From an uncultured Clostridia bacterium (GTDB taxonomy: Bacteria; Bacillota; Clostridia; TANB77; CAG-508): a stretch of DNA of 64,000 nt. The notes under the pieces are model-generated. The model was not told where the DNA came from. It ran no database searches and saw nothing but the letters and a program-made list of their open reading frames with translations. Both the position numbers and the translations under genes were made by a program. Positions 15,264 to 23,972 of the stretch are shown piece by piece; position 1 is the stretch's first letter, and every line of letters starts with the position of its first letter. The DNA lies in the NCBI GenBank assembly GCA_944393125.1, contig CALXZB010000001.1:64315-128314 (forward strand), read 5' to 3'.

Positions 15264-17102
15264 TTATTCATCAACGCACTCTTCAAATTGGCTATTATAT
15301 AGTTTTTCATAAAATCCACCTTTAGCAAGTAACTCCTCATGTGTACCTTGTTCAACAATATCTCCATGGTCCATAACTAAAATTAAATCCGCATTTTTGA
15401 TAGTTGACAATCTATGAGCAATAATGAAAGAAGTTCTACCTTGCATTAGGTTATCCATAGCTTTTTGAATTTCAATTTCAGTTCTAGTATCTATAGAACT
15501 TGTAGCTTCATCTAAAATTAAAATTTTAGGATCTGCTAAAATAACTCTAGCAATTGTAAGTAATTGCTTCTGACCAGCAGAAACTCCTGTTGTTTCTTCA
15601 CTCAAAATCGAATTATACCCATTTGGTAAAGTTTTTATAAAGTGATGTACACGAGCTGCTTTAGATGCTTGTATTACTTCATCATCTGTAGCATCTTCTT
15701 TACCATATTTGATATTTTCTTTTACAGTTCCACCAAATAGCCATGTATCTTGTAAAACCATTCCAAACATTTGGCGAAGGTCTCCTCTTGTAAAATCTTT
15801 TATATTATGTCCATCTAGCAATATTGCGCCATCTGTTACATCATAAAATCTCATAAGAAGTTTAACCATTGTAGATTTTCCTGCACCTGTTGGTCCTACA
15901 ATAGCAATTTTTTGTCCTTCATGTACATTAGCATTAAAATCTTTAATTACTATTTGTTCTGGATTATATCCAAATTTTACATGTTCAAATTTTATATTTC
16001 CTCTTAATCCTTTAGTAGTAACTCCTGGTTTATTTGTTTCAACTTCTTCATCTTGTTCTAAAAATTCAAAAATTCTTTCAGTTGCAGCAACCATAGCTTG
16101 TAACATACTTGATACTTGTGCAATTTGATTTATTGGTTGAGTGAATTGTTTGTTATATTGTATAAAACTTTGTATATTTCCAACTGTAATTGTACCTTTT
16201 ATAGCAAGATAGCCTCCAGCCATTGCAACACCTACATATCCAATATTTGATACAAAATTCATTATTGGATGCATAAGTCCTGATAGAAATTGAGACTTCC
16301 ATGCAGATTTATATAATTGTGAATTTGCTTTTGAAAATTCTTCACGAGCTTTATCTTCTCCATTAAATGCTTTAACAATTGTTAAACCTGAAAATATTTC
16401 TTCAACTTGCCCATTAACATGTCCTAAATAATCTTGTTGCATTTTAAAATATTTTTGAGATTTTCCAACAATTATTTTAACAAGAAACGCCCCTATTGGC
16501 ATAACAATTAAAGAAATTAATGTCATTTGCCAACTTATTGATATCATCATTATAGCAATTCCTACCAATGTACATATTGCAGTAATTATTTGTGTTATAC
16601 TCTGGTTTAAGTTCATTCCTAATGTATCAATATCATTTGTAATTATTGATAACACTTCTCCATTAGTTTTTTTATCAAAATAATTCATTGGAAGTGTATT
16701 TATCTTTTTAATAAGATTATTCCTCATTGTATATGTAAGTTTTTGTGCAACTCGTGTCATTACTAGCCCTTGTATGAAGGAGAATATTGCACTAATAATA
16801 TATAAACCTAATAATGTTAATAAAATAGTTCCAACTTTATTAAAGTCTATTCCACCATTTCCAGAAATTTTATTAACTAACCCATTAAAAATTTCAGTTG
16901 TAGCATTTCCTAGAATTTTTGGTCCAACTATTGAAAATATTGTACTTCCAATAGCAAATATCATTACAATAATTAATGGTATTTTATATTGTGATAAATA
17001 ATCTTTTATAAGTTTTTTAGTTGTACCTTTAAAATCTTTTGCTTTCTCTATTGGTGCTCCTCTACCTGGTCCTTTTCCTGGTCCTCCCATTGGTCCTGGC
17101 AT
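15264..17102 (-). CDS. ABC exporter, fused permease/ATPase (heterodimer partner B)
   Basis: Walker A GPTGAGKST, signature VSAGQKQ, Walker B ILILDEATS. The start is set at MPGPMGGPG behind AAGGAGGAG, 1 nt after the upstream stop. Confidence 0.9.
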   Translation of the reverse strand: MPGPMGGPGKGPGRGAPIEKAKDFKGTTKKLIKDYLSQYKIPLIIVMIFAIGSTIFSIVGPKILGNATTEIFNGLVNKISGNGGIDFNKVGTILLTLLGLYIISAIFSFIQGLVMTRVAQKLTYTMRNNLIKKINTLPMNYFDKKTNGEVLSIITNDIDTLGMNLNQSITQIITAICTLVGIAIMMISISWQMTLISLIVMPIGAFLVKIIVGKSQKYFKMQQDYLGHVNGQVEEIFSGLTIVKAFNGEDKAREEFSKANSQLYKSAWKSQFLSGLMHPIMNFVSNIGYVGVAMAGGYLAIKGTITVGNIQSFIQYNKQFTQPINQIAQVSSMLQAMVAATERIFEFLEQDEEVETNKPGVTTKGLRGNIKFEHVKFGYNPEQIVIKDFNANVHEGQKIAIVGPTGAGKSTMVKLLMRFYDVTDGAILLDGHNIKDFTRGDLRQMFGMVLQDTWLFGGTVKENIKYGKEDATDDEVIQASKAARVHHFIKTLPNGYNSILSEETTGVSAGQKQLLTIARVILADPKILILDEATSSIDTRTEIEIQKAMDNLMQGRTSFIIAHRLSTIKNADLILVMDHGDIVEQGTHEELLAKGGFYEKLYNSQFEECVDE

Positions 17103-17103
17103 A

Positions 17104-19275
17104 TTATTCTCCTCCTTTCTCTTCATTATTTATTTTGCTATCTTTTAAATTTAATTCTTCTTCAGATAATTGAGATAGTGCAATTTCTCTGTATGTCTCA
17201 TTATTTTTTATAAGTTCTTCATGTGTTCCTTGCCCTACTATTTTGCCATCATCTAATACAATTATTTTATCTGCATTTAATATTGTACTTATTCTTTGAG
17301 CAACAATTATATTTGTTTTATTTTTTGTTCTTTTTGCTAAAGCCTCTCTTAACGCAGAATCTGTTTTAAAATCTAAGGCTGAAAAACTATCATCAAATAC
17401 GAAAATTTCTGGGTCTTTAGCTATTGCTCTTGCAATTGATAACCTTTGTTTCTGCCCACCAGATACATTTGCTCCCCCTTGTGCAATTTCTGATTGATAC
17501 TTTTTTTCTTTTCCTTCAATAAATTCTACTGCTTGTGCAATTTCTGCAGATTCAATCATTTTTTCATCAGACATTTCTGAGTCTGAATATTTAATATTGC
17601 TTTCAATTGTTCCTGAAAATAATACTCCTTTTTGAGGAACAAATCCAATAGCATTTCTTAATTCTTTTTGTGACAAATCTTTTACATTTACACCATCAAC
17701 TAATAATTCTCCACCTGTTACATCATAAAATCTTGGTATTAAGTTAACAATAGTAGATTTTCCACTTCCTGTGCTTCCTATAATTGCAGTAGTTTTACCA
17801 GGTTCTGCAGTAAAGTTTATATCTTCTAATATTTCTGTATCTGCATCAGGATATCTGAATGATACATTTTTAAATTCTACTAAACCTTTTTTCTCAGGAT
17901 TTAATTTTTTCACTTCATCTTTGTCTTTTATGCTTGGTTCTGTTTCAATAACTTCCATTATACGTTTTGCAGATACAGAAGCTCTTGGAAGCATTATTGA
18001 AATAATTGATATCATCAAGAAACTAATTACAATCTGCATAGAATATTGAATAAAAGCCAACATATCTCCAACTTGCATAATTCCTTGATTTACATTATGT
18101 CCTCCTATCCAAATAATTAATATTGATACTCCATTCATTATTAACATTAGTGCTGGCATCATAATTGACATAGTTGTATTTACAAATATATTTGTTTTCA
18201 TAAGGTCTATATTTGCACCATCAAATCTTTTTTCTTCTCTTCTTTCTGTATTAAAAGCTCTTATTACTGATTTTCCTGTTAAAATTTCTCTTGCTACACC
18301 ATTTAGTTTATCTATTAAATCTTGTAATTTTTTAAACTTAGGCATTGATATTGCAAATAATGTTGCTACTGTTAATAATATTACAATAACAGCTCCTCCT
18401 ATTATCCATGCCATTGAACTATTACTTTGATTCATAACTTTTATAATTCCACCAATCCCAATTATTGGTGCATATACAACTGTTCTAAATAACATTGATA
18501 ATAGTTGTTGAATTTGTTGTATATCATTAGTGCTACGAGTTATTAGTGAAGCTGTTGAAAATTCTCTTAATTCTTTATTTGAGAATCTTAATACTTTATC
18601 AAAAACTTTATCTCTCAAAGTTTTTGACATTTTTGCTCCTACTCTTGAAGAAAGCATCATTATTGTTATTCCACATGTCATAGTAATAGTAGCTAACCCT
18701 AACATTTTTAATCCAGTTATAAATATGTAATTCATTTGCATTGAATCAATATTAACTCCAGCATTTTTATATAACACTTTTGTGAATGCTATTCCTGTTT
18801 GTTCTTTTATACTTTCTTGCATATTTTCAATTTGTGCTTTAAATTCTGCTATCATTTCTTCATTTGGCAAAGTTTGGGAAATTATTATTGGTTCTAGCAT
18901 CAAATTATCAAGTTCTTCTGTTTCCTCTGCTGATAATTCTTTTATTACATATATTTCTTCTGAGTTATAATCATTTTCTAAATATTCATTAAGTAATTTT
19001 TCTTGGCTTTTTTCTAAATTTTCACTACTAGCTATAGAATATTTACTTAAAATTTCTTCATCATCTTCTGTAAATTTTAAAATAGAATCCATATCTTTTT
19101 TACTGATTATTTTAGGAGCAACATTTTCAATTCCACTTGATTGAATTCCTTCATTTACAATTTTTGAAGTGTAATTAGGTAATTCTAAGTCTACTGTTGC
19201 TTGTAAGCATAATAATAAAACTATTAGTAAAACAGATATCCACGATTGTTTTAGATTTTTTAATATTTTTAACAT
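17104..19275 (-). CDS. ABC exporter, fused permease/ATPase (partner A) with a large extracytoplasmic loop
   Basis: Walker A GSTGSGKST, signature VSGGQKQR, Walker B IFVFDDSFSALD. The start is at MLKILKNL behind GGAGGAGGAG. An acidic insert of about 150 aa lies between TM1 and TM2. Confidence 0.9.
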   Translation of the reverse strand: MLKILKNLKQSWISVLLIVLLLCLQATVDLELPNYTSKIVNEGIQSSGIENVAPKIISKKDMDSILKFTEDDEEILSKYSIASSENLEKSQEKLLNEYLENDYNSEEIYVIKELSAEETEELDNLMLEPIIISQTLPNEEMIAEFKAQIENMQESIKEQTGIAFTKVLYKNAGVNIDSMQMNYIFITGLKMLGLATITMTCGITIMMLSSRVGAKMSKTLRDKVFDKVLRFSNKELREFSTASLITRSTNDIQQIQQLLSMLFRTVVYAPIIGIGGIIKVMNQSNSSMAWIIGGAVIVILLTVATLFAISMPKFKKLQDLIDKLNGVAREILTGKSVIRAFNTERREEKRFDGANIDLMKTNIFVNTTMSIMMPALMLIMNGVSILIIWIGGHNVNQGIMQVGDMLAFIQYSMQIVISFLMISIISIMLPRASVSAKRIMEVIETEPSIKDKDEVKKLNPEKKGLVEFKNVSFRYPDADTEILEDINFTAEPGKTTAIIGSTGSGKSTIVNLIPRFYDVTGGELLVDGVNVKDLSQKELRNAIGFVPQKGVLFSGTIESNIKYSDSEMSDEKMIESAEIAQAVEFIEGKEKKYQSEIAQGGANVSGGQKQRLSIARAIAKDPEIFVFDDSFSALDFKTDSALREALAKRTKNKTNIIVAQRISTILNADKIIVLDDGKIVGQGTHEELIKNNETYREIALSQLSEEELNLKDSKINNEEKGGE

Positions 19276-19288
19276 TTCTCCTCCTCCT

Positions 19289-19337
19289 AAAAGTAAGTCC
19301 TTTAGTTTTCTGAGTAAAAACAAAAGGACTTACTTTT
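19289..19337 (-). terminator. terminator of pfkA
   Basis: 14-bp arms aaaagtaagtcctt / aaggacttactttt with a 21-nt loop. Confidence 0.5.
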
Positions 19338-19344
19338 ATAATAT

Positions 19345-20487
19345 TTAATCTCCTAAACAAATACCTATATTTCTTGCAGTTTTAACTAAATCATGATCCA
19401 TTGTAACTCTTCTTATATTGCTTTCAGCTGTGTTTCCAGAAACTGCACCAATTTTTGTATTTTTACCTACAACATCTTCTAAAGAAACATAGTCAAGTTT
19501 TCCGTTTTTAATAACAGTTAATACTCCATATTTTCCTTCTATTGCAAGTTCCATTGCTTTTGAACCATATTTAGTTGATAAAACTCTATCAAAAGCAGTA
19601 GGTGTTCCACCTCTTTGCATATATCCTAATGTTGTGTTTCTTGCTTCCAAACCTGTTAGTTTTTCTAATTCTCTAGCAACTACTTGTCCAACTCCTCCAA
19701 GTTTTGTGTTATCTACACCAACACCATTGTCTCTTTTTCCCATTATTGTAATTTCACCATCTTTTGGTGCAGCACCTTCTGCAACAACAACAACACTAAA
19801 TTGTTTTCCTGCTTTTCTTCTTTTATTTATTTTTTTAACAGCTTTGTTTATATCATATGGAATTTCTGGAATTAATGCAATATCTGCTCCTCCAGCAATT
19901 GCAGATTCTAGTGCTATCCATCCAGCATATCTACCCATTACTTCTAATACCATTATTCTATGATGTGTTTCTCCTGTTGTATGTAATCTGTCTAATGCCT
20001 CTGTTGCAACTGATACTGCAGTATTATATCCAAAAGTTATTTCTGTACATGCAACATCATTGTCAATAGTTTTTGGTACTCCTATTACATTTATTCCTTT
20101 TGTAGAAAAGTCTCTTGCTGATTTTTGTGTTCCATCTCCTCCTAATGTGAATAAGCAATCAAATCCGTCTTTTTTTACATTTTCAACACAGATATCAGAT
20201 AAATCTTTATATACTATTTGCCCATTTTCTTCTACTTTATAATTAAAGACATTAGCATTTGTTGATGACCCTATAATTGAACCACCTTTTGGTAAAATTC
20301 CTGATGCAGATTGATCATTTGCTGTACTTAATTTTACATAATCGTTTTTTAGTAACCCATTATATCCATCTATAAAACCATAACATTCAATTCCATTATT
20401 TTCTGCAGTTTTTACAATTGCTCTTATAACTGCGTTAAATCCTGAAACATCTCCTCCATTTGCTAATATTGCTACTTTCTTAATCAT
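19345..20487 (-). CDS. pfkA: 6-phosphofructokinase (ATP- or PPi-dependent PfkA family)
   Basis: 380 aa with GGDGT, PKTIDND and MGRYAG motifs. Confidence 0.9.
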   Translation of the reverse strand: MIKKVAILANGGDVSGFNAVIRAIVKTAENNGIECYGFIDGYNGLLKNDYVKLSTANDQSASGILPKGGSIIGSSTNANVFNYKVEENGQIVYKDLSDICVENVKKDGFDCLFTLGGDGTQKSARDFSTKGINVIGVPKTIDNDVACTEITFGYNTAVSVATEALDRLHTTGETHHRIMVLEVMGRYAGWIALESAIAGGADIALIPEIPYDINKAVKKINKRRKAGKQFSVVVVAEGAAPKDGEITIMGKRDNGVGVDNTKLGGVGQVVARELEKLTGLEARNTTLGYMQRGGTPTAFDRVLSTKYGSKAMELAIEGKYGVLTVIKNGKLDYVSLEDVVGKNTKIGAVSGNTAESNIRRVTMDHDLVKTARNIGICLGD

Positions 20488-20514
20488 TTTACTTCCTCCT
20501 TTAGTTTTTAAACG

Positions 20515-20549
20515 AATTTTAATTCTAGCTTTTGACTAGAATTAAAATT
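20515..20549 (-). promoter_or_regulatory. perfect 14-bp inverted repeat in the pfkA leader
   Basis: aattttaattctag-N7-ctagaattaaaatt. It lies downstream of a TTGTAA-N16-TATAAT promoter (20572-20599) and about 25 nt upstream of the RBS. Confidence 0.4.
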
Positions 20550-20619
20550 GCTCTGTATAAATTCTTTTATAATTATATCAATATTTTCATATTTTACAAG
20601 TATTTTTTTAAAATTTAAT

Positions 20620-21585
20620 TTATAATTTTATCAAAATATCGTGATATTTTTTGACTATATCGTCTCTAACAAGTTCTTTAAAAATTACAGATATTCTTGT
20701 TTTAGTAATATCTATATTAGCTATTTTTAAATTATTTTTATTTGCAATACCAATTATTTTTTCTAATATTTCTTCATCTGAATCCATTCCATATCCAACA
20801 ATAGAAATTTTTGAAACATCCTTTTTTACAATACTTTTTACTCCTGTTTCCTCAAGTATATAATTTATATTTGTTCCTTTTTTTTCATTAAAAGTTGAGC
20901 ATGCTATAATAGGTATATTATATTTTTCACTTATTTCTACACATCTATCATGTAATACTTTTGCTCCTTCTTCTGATAATACTTGCATTTCTTCATATGA
21001 TATATTTTCTAATTTTTTAGTATGTTCGATCATTTTGGGGTCTGCCGAATATATTCCATCAACATCTGAATATATATAGCATTTGCTTGCTTTAAGTTCA
21101 ACAGCTAGTGCTACTGCAGTTGTATCTGAACCACCTCTGCCTAATGTTGTTATATTATTGTTACAATCTATTCCTTGAAATCCTGTAATAATAACTATTT
21201 TTCTTTTTGCGAGCTCATCTTTTATTTTTTCTGTATTTATATATGTTATTTTAGAGTTTTGAGGTTCTTCATTAGTTAAAATTCCTGCTTGCCACCCTGT
21301 TAATGAAATCGCAGAATAGCCTAATTCATTTAATAATATTGCAAGCTTTGATGCTGTTATTTGTTCTCCTATACTCAATAACGAATCCATTTCTCTTTTA
21401 TTTGGTTTACTAGAAAGATTTTCCGCTTCTTTTATTAGATTATCTGTCATTTTGCCTTGTGCAGAAACCACAACTACTATATTTTTATTACTATCATATT
21501 TCTTTATAATTTTATTAGCAACAATATTTAATTTTTCATTATCTGCAACTGAACTTCCACCAAATTTTAATACTATTGTTTCCAT
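20620..21585 (-). CDS. aspartate kinase (short form with a single ACT-like region)
   Basis: METIVLKFGGSSV, VVVVSAQG, GRGGSDTTA. The start is at M12 of the track ORF, behind AGAGGTG. Confidence 0.85.
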   Translation of the reverse strand: METIVLKFGGSSVADNEKLNIVANKIIKKYDSNKNIVVVVSAQGKMTDNLIKEAENLSSKPNKREMDSLLSIGEQITASKLAILLNELGYSAISLTGWQAGILTNEEPQNSKITYINTEKIKDELAKRKIVIITGFQGIDCNNNITTLGRGGSDTTAVALAVELKASKCYIYSDVDGIYSADPKMIEHTKKLENISYEEMQVLSEEGAKVLHDRCVEISEKYNIPIIACSTFNEKKGTNINYILEETGVKSIVKKDVSKISIVGYGMDSDEEILEKIIGIANKNNLKIANIDITKTRISVIFKELVRDDIVKKYHDILIKL

Positions 21586-21607
21586 GTTTTGCACCTCTAA
21601 AATTAAT

Positions 21608-21643
21608 ATAGTAGTCATATTTAAATTTAAACATGACTACTAT
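21608..21643 (-). terminator. hairpin after prfB (atagtagtcat-N14-atgactactat)
   Basis: 11-bp perfect stem with a weakly T-rich tail. Confidence 0.45.
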
Positions 21644-21677
21644 AATTATATTTTAGAAATATTTTTGTATGTATATT

Positions 21678-22785
21678 TTATTTAATTTTCATTTTTAAAA
21701 AACTTTCTATAAAGCCATCAATATTTCCATCCATAACAGATTCAACATTTCCAACTTCATAATTAGTTCTATGGTCTTTTACTAGTGTATATGGGCAAAA
21801 TACATATGAACGAATTTGGTTTCCCCAAGCTATTTCTTTTTGTTCTCCTTTTAGTTCATCAATAGTATCTTTTTGTTCTTGTTCTTTTAAATTAAGTAAT
21901 TTAGATTTTAGCATTTTCATTGCCGTTTCTCTGTTTTGAATCTGTGAACGCTCTGATTGGCAGGCAACAACTATATTTGTTGGTATATGTGTTATTCTTA
22001 CTGCTGAAGAAGTTTTGTTTATATGCTGTCCTCCTGCCCCAGATGCTCTATATGTATCTATTCTTAAATCATCTGGGTTTATTTCTATTTGAATGTCATC
22101 AGTTATTTCTGGAAGTACCTCTAATGAAGCAAAAGATGTATGTCGTCTTCCTCCTGCATCAAAAGGTGAAATTCTTACTAATCTATGTACACCCATTTCT
22201 CCTTTTAAATATCCATAAGCATTTTCTCCAATTACTTCAAAAGTAACACTCTTAATTCCAGCTTCTTCTCCTTCTAAATAGTCTAATTCTTTTACTTCAT
22301 AACCATTTTTATTAGCCCATCTTGTATACATTCTATATAACATTTCTGCCCAATCTTGTGATTCAGTTCCTCCTGCTCCAGGATGTAAAGTTAATATTGC
22401 ATTATTTTTATCATATTTCCCAGATAATAAAGTTTCTAATTGTAATTCATTTATTTCTTTTTCTAAGTTTGAAGTGGTTTTAACTATATCTTTTACTATT
22501 TCTTCATCATTTTCCATATATGCAAGTTCAGTTAAATCTTGTAAATTAGTTAATTCTTGATTAATTTTTTTATATTTTTCTACTTTATTTTTTAATTGTT
22601 TTATTTGTGATAAGACTTTTCCTGTTTCATTTGGAGATTTTTGCCAAAATTCTTCCTTTTGAGTTTGGTCTTCTAGTTCATTTAATTTTTGTTCTAATGT
22701 TTCTATGTCAAAGAGACTCACCTAAATTTAATACTTTTTCTTTTAAGTTTTCTATTTTTTTTGAGTTATCTTCTAATTCTATCAT
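21678..22785 (-). CDS. prfB: peptide chain release factor 2, requires a programmed +1 frameshift
   Basis: Frame 0 reads MIELEDNSKKIENLKEKVLNLGESL then TGA. The +1 frame continues DIETLEQKLN... and contains the GGQ motif (RASGAGGQHINKT) and SPF. Confidence 0.93.
22707..22724 (-). promoter_or_regulatory. prfB +1 frameshift site (AGGTGAG TCT CTT TGA C)
   Basis: Internal SD-like element, 3-nt spacer, and the CTT-TGA-C slippery/stop context, parallel to E. coli AGGGGG TAT CTT TGA C. Confidence 0.85.
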
Positions 22786-22796
22786 TTCCTCACTCC

Positions 22797-23918
22797 TTAT
22801 TTATAGTCTTCTAAACTTAATGTTGGATATTCAAATATTTGTCCATTTTCTGTAAATCTTCCTGATGAAAAATGATTTTTGCTCATTGTTTCAGAACCTT
22901 TTAAAAAATATGCATATTTGATTTTATTTGTTAAACTTCCTCCGTTTGTTATTATAGGGTCATCCCATGTTACATCTACCGCATACCATTTTCCATCTAG
23001 TTCTACATAATTCCATGCGTGATTTTCAGTTTGGTTGTTACTATTTGTTCCAGTTCCTATAACAATTACATTTTCTATTCCAACTTCAGTCATTAAATAT
23101 TGAAAAGCTTTTGCATATCCTTCACAAACACATCTCTTGTTTATAAGTGCTCCGCATATATTATATATATTGTTTTGAGTTAAATCATTTTCATATTCTA
23201 TGCTATCTACTAAATAATCATGTATCATTTTAATTTTTTGATAATCTTCTTTTTCTTTTACTTGTTCTAATATCTGATTTTTAATTTTTTCTATTTGTGT
23301 TTCATATTTTTCTATATCTTCTTTAGAATAAAACCCTTCATTTAAATAAGATTCTTCATTACCATTATCTATAAATACATTATATTGTGTTCCTGTGATT
23401 TTAGTAATCTTTTCTATATTTATATACATTTTTGTAACATCTAAATAAAAAATATCTGGATTTTCATAAATAAATGCTTCAATTGCAGATTGATATTGCA
23501 TTTTTAGTTCATTTTCTCCATTATCCTGTGATAATAATTTTTGAAATGAATCTCCAAAATCTACTCTATGTTTACCTGTCTTAAGTTCATCTTTTTCTTG
23601 ATATAGTTTAGTGTATATAATTTTAGCGGTATCATCTAGCTGATTATATAAATATCTCGATAATTGAGTGTTCTCATCATTTTTTTCATTTGTTGTTCCT
23701 TCATCAACACCTTCAAATATATTATCATCAATTTTTATTGAGTCTTTGCCTGAAGATACATATTCTACAGTTGGAAAGCCTCCAGAACCTTCAAAATTTA
23801 TTTGTATTGTTCCTTCTTCCATTATTTCTGCATATACAATATATGCTAAACTCCCTATTCCTCCAATAATAATTATTATTAATAATATTAATATAAAGGT
23901 TATTATTTTATCTTTCAT
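22797..23918 (-). CDS. membrane-anchored transglutaminase-like cysteine protease superfamily protein
   Basis: N-terminal TM helix and a Cys-His-Asp core: CVCEGYAKAF, NHAWNYVELDGKWYAVDVTWD. Confidence 0.8.
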   Translation of the reverse strand: MKDKIITFILILLIIIIIGGIGSLAYIVYAEIMEEGTIQINFEGSGGFPTVEYVSSGKDSIKIDDNIFEGVDEGTTNEKNDENTQLSRYLYNQLDDTAKIIYTKLYQEKDELKTGKHRVDFGDSFQKLLSQDNGENELKMQYQSAIEAFIYENPDIFYLDVTKMYINIEKITKITGTQYNVFIDNGNEESYLNEGFYSKEDIEKYETQIEKIKNQILEQVKEKEDYQKIKMIHDYLVDSIEYENDLTQNNIYNICGALINKRCVCEGYAKAFQYLMTEVGIENVIVIGTGTNSNNQTENHAWNYVELDGKWYAVDVTWDDPIITNGGSLTNKIKYAYFLKGSETMSKNHFSSGRFTENGQIFEYPTLSLEDYK

Positions 23919-23931
23919 GTTTCCTCCAATT

Positions 23932-23950
23932 ATTACTAAATTTTAGTAAT
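23932..23950. promoter_or_regulatory. 19-bp perfect palindrome attactaaa-t-tttagtaat in a divergent intergenic region
   Basis: Read directly. It lies just upstream of the RBS of the transglutaminase-like gene. Confidence 0.35.
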
Positions 23951-23972
23951 CATATACTTAAATTATACATCA

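Noticed and set aside
19175-19360. 61-aa minus-strand ORF between pfkA and the ABC exporter gene.
   Set aside because: It spans the pfkA terminator hairpin and the exporter RBS/start, has no RBS of its own, and has an Arg/Lys-rich low-complexity sequence.
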